Of a stretch of DNA of 40,889 nucleotides, positions 28,084 through 37,824 are shown piece after piece. Position numbers and translations under genes: made by a program. How positions within the stretch are numbered: position 1 is the stretch's first letter; every line of letters begins with the position of its first letter. The notes under the pieces were generated by a model. That model worked only from the letters and a program-made list of their open reading frames with translations. It ran no database searches and was not told the origin of the DNA. Source of the stretch: Longimicrobium sp. (GTDB taxonomy: Bacteria; Gemmatimonadota; Gemmatimonadetes; Longimicrobiales; Longimicrobiaceae). The DNA lies in NCBI GenBank assembly GCA_035759295.1, contig DASTVC010000747.1, forward strand, positions 1 to 40,889, given 5' to 3'.

Positions 28084-28871
28084 CGCACCCTCCGCTGCGC
28101 GTGGTGGTGGTGGACGATGAGCCGCTGGCCCGCACCGGCATGCGCGACCTGCTGGCCCGCGACCCGGAGCTGGAAGTGGTGGCCCAGTGCGCGGATGGGC
28201 GCGAGGCGGTGCGGGCTATCGGCGCCCTGCGGCCGGACCTGGTGCTGCTGGACGTGCAGATGCCGGAGATGGACGGCTTCGAGGTGCTGCGCGAGATCGG
28301 CGCCGAGCGCATGCCGCTGGTGGTGTTCGTAACCGCGTACGACCGCTTCGCTCTCCGCGCCTTCGACGTGGCGGCGGTGGACTACCTGCTCAAGCCGTTC
28401 GACGACGAGCGCTTTCTGCGGGCCATGCAGCGCGCCAAGCACGCCGTCCGCAACGCCGAGGTGGGTGAGCTGGGGCGGCGCCTGGCCGGCCTGCTGGAGC
28501 GCGGCGGCGCCGAGCCCGCGCGTGAGGCGCCCGCCGCCTACGCCTCGCGGCTGATGGTGAAGAACACCGGCCGCACCGTCTTTGTCCGGGTGGAGGAGGT
28601 GGACTGGATCGAGGCGGACGACTACTACGCCAAGCTGCACGTGGGCGACAAGACGCACCTGCTGCGCGAGTCGATGGGCTCGCTGGAGGCGCGGCTGGAC
28701 CCGCTGCGCTTCTTCCGTGTGCACCGAAGCGCCATCGTGAACCTGGACCGTGTGCGCGAGGTGCAGTTCCTCTTCCGCGGCGAGCACGTCGTCATCCTCC
28801 ACGACGGCACCCGCCTGAAGCTCACCCGCACCCGCCTGGAAAAGCTGGAGTCGATTCTCGCGGGCCGGTAA
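28080..28871 (+). CDS. LytTR family response regulator
   Basis: Receiver motifs VVDDE, LLDVQMP, DYLLKP and LytTR motifs WIEADDYY, FFRVHRSAIVN. GTGA overlap with the kinase. Confidence 0.94.
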   Translation: MTHPPLRVVVVDDEPLARTGMRDLLARDPELEVVAQCADGREAVRAIGALRPDLVLLDVQMPEMDGFEVLREIGAERMPLVVFVTAYDRFALRAFDVAAVDYLLKPFDDERFLRAMQRAKHAVRNAEVGELGRRLAGLLERGGAEPAREAPAAYASRLMVKNTGRTVFVRVEEVDWIEADDYYAKLHVGDKTHLLRESMGSLEARLDPLRFFRVHRSAIVNLDRVREVQFLFRGEHVVILHDGTRLKLTRTRLEKLESILAGR

Positions 28872-28892
28872 ATGGTTTCCTCCCACACCGCG

Positions 28893-29214
28893 ATTGATTT
28901 CCTGAGGGGGCGCCCACGCGTAACCGTAAGCAACACTAGTGCTTGTGCGCGACCGAAGGATCTCCTCTCGGCCTGCTCGGAGCCGGTCTTCAGCCACGGC
29001 GCGCTCGGCCGCGCGTTGAGCGGGTAAACCCGCCGCAACGACAGCGGAAAGCCCCGCGTCGGCCGCTGGCGCGTCCGGTGCGGGGCTTCACCTGCTCGCA
29101 AGGCTGGGTCCGTCGCGGCGAGGAATCCCGTGGTGGTGCAGGCGAGATCCTTCGGTCGCGCGCAGGCGGTGGTGTGACCGACGGTTCACGCGGGCGCTCC
29201 CTCAGGAAATCAAT
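28893..29214. repeat. Composite REP mosaic: inverted family-B variant arms enclosing family-A-like hairpins
   Basis: ATTGATTTCCTGAGGG..GACCGAAGGATCTC and GAGATCCTTCGGTC..CCCTCAGGAAATCAAT, with an inner AAGCCCCGC..GCGGGGCTTCACC. Confidence 0.8.
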
Positions 29215-29316
29215 GCTTTCGCGGGGTGGCTGATCATGCGGGTTTGGTGGACTGCCCACCTGTCGTCCCACCCCACCCGCCACGCCCACTGCACCCTCTG
29301 CAATCACCGGAGCCGC

Positions 29317-29367
29317 CAGCCCGCGAAGGCGGACTTCGTGTAGTTGTTGCCGCGAATTCATTCGCCC
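29317..29367. repeat. REP-like palindrome, family C
   Basis: CAGCCCGCGAAGGCGGACTTCG..GCGAATTCATTCGC. A partial copy lies at about 26855-26875. Confidence 0.75.
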
Positions 29368-29474
29368 TTGCAGGCCCTTGCAGACCGCACATTCCCTGTG
29401 GATGTTTTCTGTCGATGACATCGTGGATCAGCTGCCGCTGCGGCCGATCCGTCCGCTGATGCTGGGTACAGCCG

Positions 29475-30395
29475 ATGGCGCAAAGCGAGATTCAGAGGCA
29501 TTCGGATAAGCCGCTGCAAGGGCGAGTGGCCGTGGTCACGGGTGCCAGCCGCGGGGCGGGGCGGGGGATTGCGATGGAGCTGGGCGCCGCGGGGGCAACC
29601 GTGTACGTCACCGGCCGTAGTACCCGCGAGAAGCCGGCGAGCGGTTACGAGCGCATCCTGGCGGAGTCGGAGCTCCCATCGCTCCCCGGCACCATCGACG
29701 ACACGGCGGACGAGGTGACGCGGCTGGGCGGCGCCGGCATCGCCGTGCGCGTGGACCACACGCGCGACGAGGAGGTGCGCGCGCTGTTCGCCCGCGTGGA
29801 GCGCGAGCGGGGCGGGCTGGACCTGCTGGTGAACAACGCGTGGGGCGGGCACGAGGCGTTCAGCATCGCCGCGTTCGGCGCGCCGTTCTGGGAGCAGGCG
29901 CTGGACCAGTGGGACGCCATGTTCGACCGCGGTGTGCGCAACCACCTGGTCGCCAGCCGCGTCGCCGCACCCATCTTCATCCGCCAGAAACGCGGCCTCA
30001 TCGTCACCACGTCGTACTGGGATCGCGGCAACTACCTGCGCGGCAACCTGTTCTACGACCTGGCCAAGGCCGCCATGAACCGGCTGGCGTTCGCCATGGC
30101 CGAGGAGCTGCGCCCGCACGGCGTGGCGTCGCTGGCCGTCGTGCCGGGGTGGATGCGCACGGAGTTCGTCCTCGCGTCGCAGAAGACGGACGAGGCGCAC
30201 TGGCGCGACTTTCCCCAGTTCGCCCGCACCGAATCGCCGCGCTACGTGGGCCGCGCCGTGGCCGCCCTCGCCGCCGATCCGCAGGTGATGCGCAAGAGCG
30301 GCGGCATCCACCTTGTCGGCGACCTGGCCGTGGAATACGGCTTCACCGACGTCGACGGCCGCGTCATCCCGCCCTTCGAAATGGACGAAGACTAA
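29475..30395 (+). CDS. Short-chain dehydrogenase/reductase (DHRS1-like)
   Basis: TGASRGAGRG, LVNNA, YDLAK catalytic motif, PGWMRTE, ESPRYVGRAV. Confidence 0.92.
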   Translation: MAQSEIQRHSDKPLQGRVAVVTGASRGAGRGIAMELGAAGATVYVTGRSTREKPASGYERILAESELPSLPGTIDDTADEVTRLGGAGIAVRVDHTRDEEVRALFARVERERGGLDLLVNNAWGGHEAFSIAAFGAPFWEQALDQWDAMFDRGVRNHLVASRVAAPIFIRQKRGLIVTTSYWDRGNYLRGNLFYDLAKAAMNRLAFAMAEELRPHGVASLAVVPGWMRTEFVLASQKTDEAHWRDFPQFARTESPRYVGRAVAALAADPQVMRKSGGIHLVGDLAVEYGFTDVDGRVIPPFEMDED

Positions 30396-30418
30396 AGCAG
30401 CGCGCCGGCCCAGCATGA

Positions 30419-30446
30419 AAGCCGCGGACGATGCGATCCGCGGCTT
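30419..30446. terminator. Hairpin between convergent genes
   Basis: AAGCCGCGGA-N8-TCCGCGGCTT. Confidence 0.65.
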
Positions 30447-30483
30447 CGTGTATCCTCATCACCCGACGGGACGCGATCCGCGA

Positions 30484-31011
30484 TCAGGCGGCCTCGACCG
30501 CGTCCGGATCGTCGCGCAGCAGGTCCTCCATGCGGTTGTAGGAGACCTGCATCCCGCCCTCCATCCCCGTCGCCAGCACCATGTCGCGCACCTCGCGGCT
30601 GGAGTGGTGCACCAGCACCTTCATCGTCGTCACGCCGTCGGCCTCGTCCAGCGTCATGGTGTTGACGGCGTAATCCTCGGGCTTCGGATCGGGCACGCCC
30701 TCGTACATCTCCGTGTTCACCAGGCGGTGCGGCGGCGCGATCTCGCGGTACTCGCCGTGAAAGCCGACCTCCATCCCCCGTTCGCGAATCACGAAGCGCC
30801 ACCCCCCGCCCACGCGCAGGTCGATCTCGCACACCAGCCACTCCGAGGTCTCGAAGCCCCACCACCGCTTCACCAGCTCCGGCGTGGTGAACGCCTTGAA
30901 CACCAGCGCGGCGGGCGCATCGAACTGCCGCGTGATCAGGTAGTCGGTGTCCGACGGCAGGGTGATGACCGCGGAGCCGTGGCGGTTGAGGGGGGCGGTG
31001 TGGGTGGTCAT
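30484..31011 (-). CDS. SRPBCC (AHSA1-like) domain protein
   Basis: ITRQFDAPAALVFKAFTTPELVKRWWG, DLRVGGGWRF, FHGEYREI. ATGA overlap with ArsR. Confidence 0.92.
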   Translation of the reverse strand: MTTHTAPLNRHGSAVITLPSDTDYLITRQFDAPAALVFKAFTTPELVKRWWGFETSEWLVCEIDLRVGGGWRFVIRERGMEVGFHGEYREIAPPHRLVNTEMYEGVPDPKPEDYAVNTMTLDEADGVTTMKVLVHHSSREVRDMVLATGMEGGMQVSYNRMEDLLRDDPDAVEAA

Positions 31012-31349
31012 GGGTGGTTCTCCTCGGTTTGGAGTTCTGCCAGCAGGTCGTCCAGCCGGTCCAGCCGCACGTTCCACGAGCGCTCGAAGGTGCGCACCCA
31101 GTCGTGGATGGGCTTGAGCGCCGGCCCGTTCACCCGGTACCAGCGATGCCGCCCCTCCGCGCGGACCAGCACCAGGCCCACCGCGCGCAGCACGCCCAGG
31201 TGCTTGGACACCTGCGGCTGCGTAAGGCCCAGCCGGTCTACCAGCTCGCCGACCGTCGCCTCGCCGGTGCCCAGCGCATCCAGCAGGTCGCGGCGACTCG
31301 CCTCGGCGACGGCGTTGAAGGCATCGGATGTCGTCGGTGTGCGGGCCAT
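31008..31349 (-). CDS. ArsR/SmtB family transcriptional regulator
   Basis: FNAVAEASRRDLL, QPQVSKHLGVLRAVGLV, GRHRWY. Classic pairing with SRPBCC. Confidence 0.93.
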   Translation of the reverse strand: MARTPTTSDAFNAVAEASRRDLLDALGTGEATVGELVDRLGLTQPQVSKHLGVLRAVGLVLVRAEGRHRWYRVNGPALKPIHDWVRTFERSWNVRLDRLDDLLAELQTEENHP

Positions 31350-31354
31350 GATCT

Positions 31355-31384
31355 ACAATACATTCCGATATGGGAATATGTCAA
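31355..31384 (-). promoter_or_regulatory. Sigma70 promoter for a leaderless arsR transcript, with an overlapping operator
   Basis: TTGACA-18-TATTGT, 5 nt before the ATG. Imperfect palindrome ATACATTCC-GATATG-GGAATATGT. Confidence 0.7.
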
Positions 31385-31595
31385 GGCATTCGAGTGGGGG
31401 CTTGTTCGGCGAGCTTCGCTGTGTGATGCTATGGGAAAGGTTGTGCAACTCGGGGCGGCAAATGAGACGTTCCGGCATTCATTGTCCACAACGGCGCGTG
31501 GATGATCCGTAAGGTGCCGCGCGTTGGGATGGACAGTCGAGAATAGCCGGATCGCCCGCGGACGCCCGGGTCCACTCTCATCTGGAGCGAAGGGG

Positions 31596-32183
31596 ATGAT
31601 GCACAGGTGGCTTTACGCCGGCCGGGTGGCCGTGCTCGCGATGACCGTAGCCTGCGCGCCGGTGGCCGCGCAGCAGACCACCACGCCTGCCGCCGGGCAG
31701 CAGGCCTCGGCCGCAAGGCCGCCGGACGTGGCCTCACCCGAGGCCCTGGTCACGGCGCTCTACGACGTGATCTCCGGCCCGGCTTCGCAGGCGCGCGACT
31801 GGGACCGCTTCCGGTCCCTGTTCCTCCCGAATGCGCGACTGACCTTTCTCCTGGAAATCTCACCGGGTGAAAAGCGGCTCTTCAACCTGACGGTGGAAGA
31901 GTTCATCCAGCTCGCGGGCCCCGGGTACCAGTCCGGAGCCGGGTTCTGGGAGCGGGAGATCGGCCACCGCATCGACAGGTTCGGCACCGTGGCGCACGTA
32001 TTCACCGCGTACGAGTCGCGCCTCACGTCTCCCAATCCGAACAGCCCCGTCGACGAGCGCGGCATCAACAGCGTGCAGACGATTCAGCACGAGGGCCGCT
32101 GGTGGATCGCGAACCTGGTGTTCGACAGCGAGACCCCCGCGAACCCCATCCCGCCGGAGTACCTGAACGCGCAGCACGAGTAG
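31596..32183 (+). CDS. Secreted NTF2-like hypothetical protein
   Basis: Signal peptide, ALYDVISGP..RDWDRFRSLF, GFWEREI, FGTVAHVFTAYE, RGINSVQ, RWWIANL. Confidence 0.75.
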   Translation: MMHRWLYAGRVAVLAMTVACAPVAAQQTTTPAAGQQASAARPPDVASPEALVTALYDVISGPASQARDWDRFRSLFLPNARLTFLLEISPGEKRLFNLTVEEFIQLAGPGYQSGAGFWEREIGHRIDRFGTVAHVFTAYESRLTSPNPNSPVDERGINSVQTIQHEGRWWIANLVFDSETPANPIPPEYLNAQHE

Positions 32184-32209
32184 CGATCCCCGTTCGATGC
32201 CGGGAACAC

Positions 32210-32247
32210 GGCAGCCGCGAGCGTCCCGCCCGCGGCTGCCGGTTTTT
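32210..32247 (+). terminator. Intrinsic terminator
   Basis: GGCAGCCGCG..CGCGGCTGCC followed by a T-run. Confidence 0.75.
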
Positions 32248-32408
32248 GCGTCCCTGGCGGTCCCCGCCATGCCGCCGCGATGGGAATTCTCGTCCGCCCT
32301 GTCCGACCAATGCGCGTGATGGATTCAACCCGCCGCCAATGCGGGCGCGGAGATTCCGCGGCCCCAGCGGTGACCCCGAACTCCCGCGCGTCATCATTGG
32401 AGGAGATC

Positions 32409-32948
32409 ATGAGCACCCTGACCCCCGCCGCACCGCTGCCTCCGCAGCCCAGCTCCGAGAAGACGGAGTACGATCATGGATCGCTGCGCATCCGCGAAAA
32501 GACGCTGGTGATCGGCAACTCCATCTACCCGATCTCGAACATCTCCACCGTCAGCTTTTCGGATCTCCGCACGCCTGTCCCCAACATCGTCTGGCTCCTG
32601 CTCGCGCTTGGCGTGGCCTGCCTTCCGATGGGCGCGGTGGTCAGAGGCATCGGCTTCCTTCTGCTCATCGGCGCGGTCTACTTCTTCATGGTGTACTTCA
32701 ATTCCAAGAGCGATGCCGATTTTGCACTGTCGGTCCGCATGAATGGCGGCAACACGGTGCTCGTAACGAGTGACGACGGAGCTTTCCTGAAGGCAATCGC
32801 GCTGGAACTGTACGAGGTCATCGAATTGGAGAAGGCGAGCAACACCACCTTCAACATCGATCAGAAGGTGATGATCGACAGCATTACCGGCGCCACGGTG
32901 CGCATCGCCGGCATGCAGGGCGACATCGTGAACAACGTGCCGGTCTGA
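32409..32948 (+). CDS. DUF6232-like membrane protein
   Basis: LVIGNSIYPISNISTV followed by two TM helices. Strong RBS GGAGGAG. Confidence 0.65.
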   Translation: MSTLTPAAPLPPQPSSEKTEYDHGSLRIREKTLVIGNSIYPISNISTVSFSDLRTPVPNIVWLLLALGVACLPMGAVVRGIGFLLLIGAVYFFMVYFNSKSDADFALSVRMNGGNTVLVTSDDGAFLKAIALELYEVIELEKASNTTFNIDQKVMIDSITGATVRIAGMQGDIVNNVPV

Positions 32949-32997
32949 TACCATTTCCCCTGGTTCCTTGTGCAGACGGAGGAACTGCGCAACAACA

Positions 32998-33088
32998 TCA
33001 CGCGGAGGCGCGGAGGAACTGATGAGGCGCGGAGGAGTCTCGATCTTCCCTCCGCGCCTCTCCCTTTACCTCCGCGTCTCCGCGTGAA
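32998..33088. repeat. Inverted 9-mer repeat element, family E (CACGCGGAGGCGCGGAG / CTCCGCGTCTCCGCGTG)
   Basis: Both arms visible. A related single arm (CACGGAG units) lies at 11779-11808. Confidence 0.7.
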
Positions 33089-33189
33089 ACCATCTTTCCT
33101 GCCGTGCACACAGAAATCGGAGAATCGGTATGACCTGCCGTTCCGTCGATCTGCCTCATCACACCGCTGCCTTCAGCGGATAACCTGCA

Positions 33190-34437
33190 TCATACCACCC
33201 GCTCCCCCGCCTTCCACACGCCCTGGATGATGGGGGCGGCGAGGCGGTAGGGGATCTCGGCGGCGGACTGGGCGCGCCAGAGCACCAGGTCGGCGGGGGC
33301 GCCGGGGGCCAGGGTGCCGTGGCCGTCGGCCAGCTCCAGCGCCGCGGCGCCGCCGGCGGTGGCGGCGCGCAGCGACTCGGACGGGCTCATCCCCATGCGG
33401 CTGCAGGCGGCGGTGAGGATGAAGTGCATGGACGGCGTGGGCGAGCTGCCGGGGTTGAAGTCCGTGGCCAGCGCCACGGTGGCGCCGGCGTCCAGCAGCG
33501 CGCGGCCGGGCGCCCACCGCGGCCGGCCGAGAAAGAAGAGCGTCGCCGGCAGCAGCGTCGCCACGGTGCGTGACGCCGCCAGCGCGGCGATGCCGGCCTC
33601 GCTGATGTCGCCCAGGTGGTCGGCGGACGCGGCGCCCAGCTCCGCCGCCAGCTCTGCCCCGCCGCTCCCCTCCAGCTCGTCCGCGTGCAGCTTGGGGCGC
33701 AGCCCGTGCGCAAGCCCCGCGCGCAGAATCCGCTCCGTCTCCTCCCGCCCGAACACGCCGGGCTCCATGAACACGTCGCAGAAGCGCGCCAGCCCGGCCC
33801 CCGCGACGGCCGGGATCATCTCCTCCACCAGCAGCTCCACGTACGCCGCGCGGTTGTCGCGGTACTCCGGCGGCACCTCGTGGCCGCCCAGGAAGGTGGG
33901 GATGAGCTCGATGGGCTGCAGGCCGTTCAGGCGGCGGATGGCGCGCAGCGTCTTGAGCTCGCTTTCCGTCGACAGGCCGTAGCCGCTCTTCACCTCCGCC
34001 GTCGTGGTGCCGCCGCGCAGCATCTCCTCCAGCCGGGGCAGCGCCATCTCCACCAGCTCGTCCTCGCTGCGCGCGCGCAGGTCGCGCACGGAGGCGTTGA
34101 TGCCGCCGCCCCGCCGCGCGATCTCCATGTACGGCACGCCGGTGCAGCGCAGCGCGTACTCCTCCACCCGGTATCGGCCAAAGACGGCGTGCGTGTGGCT
34201 GTCCACGAACCCCGGCGTGAGCGTCATCCCCGCGCAGTTCACCCGCTCAAGCTGTGGATGCTCGGCCAGCACGTCGTCCTGCGGCCCCAGCGCCTCTACC
34301 ACGCCGTTCACCACCGCGACGGCCACGCCGTGCAGCACCCCCGCCGGATCGGCGTCCTCCGACGCGCGGGCGGGGCCGGTGCACACCGCGACTTCGGCGG
34401 CGTTGATGAAGACGGCGGAGCGGGGCAGGTCGGTCAT
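33190..34437 (-). CDS. hutI: Imidazolonepropionase
   Basis: PGFVDSHTH, YMEIARRGGGI, GTTTAEVKSGYGL, HADEL, SADHL, ATDFNPGSSP. Confidence 0.95.
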   Translation of the reverse strand: MTDLPRSAVFINAAEVAVCTGPARASEDADPAGVLHGVAVAVVNGVVEALGPQDDVLAEHPQLERVNCAGMTLTPGFVDSHTHAVFGRYRVEEYALRCTGVPYMEIARRGGGINASVRDLRARSEDELVEMALPRLEEMLRGGTTTAEVKSGYGLSTESELKTLRAIRRLNGLQPIELIPTFLGGHEVPPEYRDNRAAYVELLVEEMIPAVAGAGLARFCDVFMEPGVFGREETERILRAGLAHGLRPKLHADELEGSGGAELAAELGAASADHLGDISEAGIAALAASRTVATLLPATLFFLGRPRWAPGRALLDAGATVALATDFNPGSSPTPSMHFILTAACSRMGMSPSESLRAATAGGAAALELADGHGTLAPGAPADLVLWRAQSAAEIPYRLAAPIIQGVWKAGERVV

Positions 34438-34578
34438 GGGCTCGAGCTGGCGTGTTTTCCAGGGATGATGCGCGGGCGCGGTACATTCTGGGCGGGATCG
34501 TCCGCGCGCGTCAAATCTGCCCTCCCCGGCGCGTTGATCTCTTTCGAACGCACCTTCCGCACATCACCCCGATCCTCC

Positions 34579-35346
34579 ATGACCGCGCGACATCTCCTGT
34601 TCGTGGCATTCGCCATCGCGCTCGCGATCCAGGCCGCCGCGATGCTCACGCTCGGGCCGCTCACGGACTGGTGTTTCTGCGCCATTACCCAGCTGGACTC
34701 GCCGCCCCTCCCGCCGCCGTACGTGCAGCGCTTCATCCAGATGGCATTTGCTCCGGACGAGTGGGCTCCGAGGGGGCTGGGCCTGCCCCTGGTGTTCGCG
34801 TACAACCTGGCCGCGTGGTTCCTGGCGGTGCTGGTGGTGCTGCACGGGATGGCGCTCGCCGCGCGCCTCCGCGTCGGCGGGGACGGGCGTGGCGCGTATG
34901 TCCGGCTGGCGGCGCCAGAGCGCGTGCGTGCGTGGCAGATGCTGCTGCTGGCGTGCGCGTTGACCGGCGTGGGGGCGTGGGCCGGCGCCATGGCGCGCGA
35001 TCGATGGCTGTCGGAGGCGGAGCAGGTCTTCTACGCCGCCATGTCCGCCGCGAGCACGGGCCGTCCGTTGCCGCCGGGCGTGGGGTTTTCCATGGTGGAG
35101 CGCCGCGGCAGGGAGGACGTGCAGGTGAATCCCGGACCACGCTTCTCCGTCGATGTCGATCCGCACCTGGCGGGCGATCACTTCCTGGACCGTTTCGTGG
35201 TGCCGTTCAGGTACGGCGGGTGGGTACGGTTCCCGTCGGGTCCCCGCTTCGAGTTCACCGTCTGGCCCGAGCGCCTGACGGGTGGGTGGAACGTCGATCT
35301 GTATGACGAGAACCTCTTCAGTCGTGATCGGCGCCATCGCGGGTGA
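34579..35346 (+). CDS. Hypothetical membrane protein (3 TM helices plus a C-terminal beta-rich domain)
   Basis: ATG at 34579 and hydrophobic segments. A paralogous fragment at 21808 supports coding status. Confidence 0.65.
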   Translation: MTARHLLFVAFAIALAIQAAAMLTLGPLTDWCFCAITQLDSPPLPPPYVQRFIQMAFAPDEWAPRGLGLPLVFAYNLAAWFLAVLVVLHGMALAARLRVGGDGRGAYVRLAAPERVRAWQMLLLACALTGVGAWAGAMARDRWLSEAEQVFYAAMSAASTGRPLPPGVGFSMVERRGREDVQVNPGPRFSVDVDPHLAGDHFLDRFVVPFRYGGWVRFPSGPRFEFTVWPERLTGGWNVDLYDENLFSRDRRHRG

Positions 35347-35514
35347 ATGAAACGACGACGGCCGCGGACGATCGCCCGCGGCCGTCTCGCACCTGCGCGA
35401 CGCGCTGGGTCTTTCCCGCGCGCGAAGCCGCTGGCGGTGTCGATTTCCGGCGTGGCCGTTCGTCGGATGGGTAAGAAGGCCGACGACGATCCACATCGAC
35501 CCGGAGACCCACCC

Positions 35515-36168
35515 ATGCGCAAGCTCGCGGTAAACACCTTCATCAGCCTGGACGGCGTAATGCAGGCCCCCGGCGGGCCGGAGGAAGACCCCACCGGCGG
35601 GTTCCCGCACGGCGGCTGGTCGTTCAACTACTGGGACGACGTGATGGGGCAGGTGATGGACGCGGCTATGGCGACGCCCTGCGACCTGCTTCTCGGCCGC
35701 AGGACGTACGAGATCTTCGCGGCGCACTGGCCCTACTCCACCGAAGAGCCCGCGGCCTCATCCCTTAACGCCGCGCACAAGTACGTCGCGTCGCGCACGC
35801 TGGAGCACACGACGTGGGGACCTGCGACGCTGATCCGCGACGTGCCGGCGGAGGTGGCGAAGCTAAAGGCGCAGGATGGCGTGGAGATCCAGGTGCACGG
35901 CAGCTCCGACCTGCTGCAGACCCTGCTGAAGCACGACCTGGTCGACGAGCTGCGCGTGTGGACCTTCCCGGTCCTGCTCGGCGGCGGAAAGCGGCTCTTT
36001 GGCGATGGCATCGCGCCGGGCGGCCTGAAGCTGGTGAGCTCCACAGTCGCCACCACCGGCGTGATCATCGCCACCTACCAGCGGGCCGGCGCGATCCCGT
36101 ACGGCTCCTTCGCGCACGAAGACCCCACGCCGGAGGAAGTCGAGCGCCGCAAGCATCTGGGCGAGTGA
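35515..36168 (+). CDS. Dihydrofolate reductase / RibD C-terminal family protein
   Basis: FISLDGVMQAPGG, LLGRRTYE, KYVASRTL, VHGS, LVDEL, PVLLGGGKRLF. Confidence 0.92.
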   Translation: MRKLAVNTFISLDGVMQAPGGPEEDPTGGFPHGGWSFNYWDDVMGQVMDAAMATPCDLLLGRRTYEIFAAHWPYSTEEPAASSLNAAHKYVASRTLEHTTWGPATLIRDVPAEVAKLKAQDGVEIQVHGSSDLLQTLLKHDLVDELRVWTFPVLLGGGKRLFGDGIAPGGLKLVSSTVATTGVIIATYQRAGAIPYGSFAHEDPTPEEVERRKHLGE

Positions 36169-36182
36169 CCTGCGAAGAAAAC

Positions 36183-36223
36183 GCAGCCACAGACGATCGC
36201 GTCCGCGGCTGCCGTTTTTTCTT
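36183..36223 (+). terminator. Intrinsic terminator
   Basis: GCAGCCAC..GCGGCTGC stem followed by TTTTTTCTT. Confidence 0.7.
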
Positions 36224-36236
36224 CACTTGCGGATGG

Positions 36237-36331
36237 TGTCATTCTGAGGAAGGCGCACCCGCTGTCCTGTCCGGATATACCGATGCCATGCGAGGAAGAA
36301 GGTATCGTGCGGCGCCGGCCTCAGAATGACA
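36237..36331. repeat. Family-B element, internally deleted
   Basis: Terminal inverted repeats TGTCATTCTGAGG and CCTCAGAATGACA. Confidence 0.8.
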
Positions 36332-36363
36332 GTAATCTCCCCGATCCGTTCGACGTCCCGCGC

Positions 36364-37605
36364 TCAGCGTTCCCGCATCCCGGCGCCGGCCAGGCAGGCG
36401 CGGACGTAGGCGGGCTCCACCGCCCGGCAGGCGGCGCGCACCGGCTCCGGATCGGTGTGAGCCAGGGTGAGCCGTGCGCCGATCATCTCGTAGCAGCGCG
36501 GCTTGGCGTCGCCCGGCACCTGGCGGCAGAAGTCGATCCCCGGCTCGATGCGCCAGTCCAGGTCCGTGAAGTACTCCACGCCGCCCATCAGGCAGTCCGT
36601 GGCGTGGGCGGGGTCGCCCTTCCGGCACTCCGCGATCATCCTGGGCACGTCGCCAAAGGTGCCCCCCAGGACCTGCTTGCCGAACCCCTGGTAGCAGGCG
36701 GCCACGGCGTTGGCCGGGGCTGCGTCGCAGCCCCGGAGCGCGCGGGCGTAGTCGGGCCAGGTCAGTGACATCAGCACCAGCGCCTGGTAGGCCCAGCACG
36801 AGGGCTGGTGGCCCGCATTAACCCCGCTGCACAACTGCTCGCGCTCCCTGCGGGCTGCGATCTTGGCCATGATGCGTCCGACGCCGTCCTGTTTGTCCGC
36901 GGCGGAGAGGCTGCGCATGGCGTCACTGTCGGCGGCGTGGGCCTCGTGGCTTTCCGCGCCATGCGCGTGGCCTATGCCCGGCCCGTCGCCCACGTTGATG
37001 GCCGTTGCGCCAATGGCGCGGATGGCGCGCTCCATGAAGATGCCGTCCTGGCACTCCCGCCGTGGCTGAGCCTCACGCAGCCCGTCGCAGACGTCGAGCG
37101 CCTGCCGGAAGTTGCCCGCGTGGTGCACCATCAGGCCGTGTCCCAGGCCGTGCCAGCACTCCATCCGCTCGAAGCCGCGGACGCCCCGCCCGGCGCAGAC
37201 GCTTTCCACAGAGGCACGGTCGATGGTTCCGCCCTGGAGAAAGTAGCCCTCCAGCACGCCGTGAAAGCATCCTGACTGGAACCGCGGCGTGCACTCCCCG
37301 ATCACGGCCAGGTCGTTTCGCTTCTCCATGACGTACCGGCCGGCGGCATGCGCCAGCTGGTGTCCTTGCGCGCGAATCAACGGGTCCCGGTTGGCCAGCC
37401 GCTCCATGGTGTCCAGCGCCGCGCGGAGGCCCCGGTCGCGCGCCGTCAGGAACACCGACGCGACGTCCAGGTCGTGTTCCGTGACGCGCGTCCAGTCCAC
37501 CCCCGGCTCCGCGTCCGCCTGCGCGGCGAGCGGAGCCGCGCCGGCGGCGGTCATCAGGAGTCCCAGGATGGCGGCGAGTCCGGCCTTGCACTTCATGATC
37601 GGCAT
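36364..37605 (-). CDS. Secreted Cys/His-rich helical-repeat protein
   Basis: Signal peptide, motifs HQLAHAAG, GCFHGVLE, CWHGLGHG, CQDG, CYQGFG, CLMG, and a His-rich insert. Start is 37605 or 37596. Confidence 0.75.
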   Translation of the reverse strand: MPIMKCKAGLAAILGLLMTAAGAAPLAAQADAEPGVDWTRVTEHDLDVASVFLTARDRGLRAALDTMERLANRDPLIRAQGHQLAHAAGRYVMEKRNDLAVIGECTPRFQSGCFHGVLEGYFLQGGTIDRASVESVCAGRGVRGFERMECWHGLGHGLMVHHAGNFRQALDVCDGLREAQPRRECQDGIFMERAIRAIGATAINVGDGPGIGHAHGAESHEAHAADSDAMRSLSAADKQDGVGRIMAKIAARREREQLCSGVNAGHQPSCWAYQALVLMSLTWPDYARALRGCDAAPANAVAACYQGFGKQVLGGTFGDVPRMIAECRKGDPAHATDCLMGGVEYFTDLDWRIEPGIDFCRQVPGDAKPRCYEMIGARLTLAHTDPEPVRAACRAVEPAYVRACLAGAGMRER

Positions 37606-37824
37606 CCTTCGGCTCAGGTTATTCGGCTGGATGAGCGCGTTTGGTGAATTTTACATCCGAAAATGATTGTGCAGAAGGGGCTGTGATCGCTCGCGCGATT
37701 TTCTGTCCGAGTTGCTTCTCGCCCGAAGCTCCTTGCTCACAATTCAAAGTCTGGCGATGTTCTCTCCGTCCAGCATTTTGTTGCTTCAGGTGAAGATGAG
37801 AGCGAGATCGGAGGGTGCGTGACA

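Noticed and set aside
33616-34578. N-terminal part of the 576-aa ORF 33616-35346
   Set aside because: It is antisense to hutI. Only the part from ATG 34579 looks coding.
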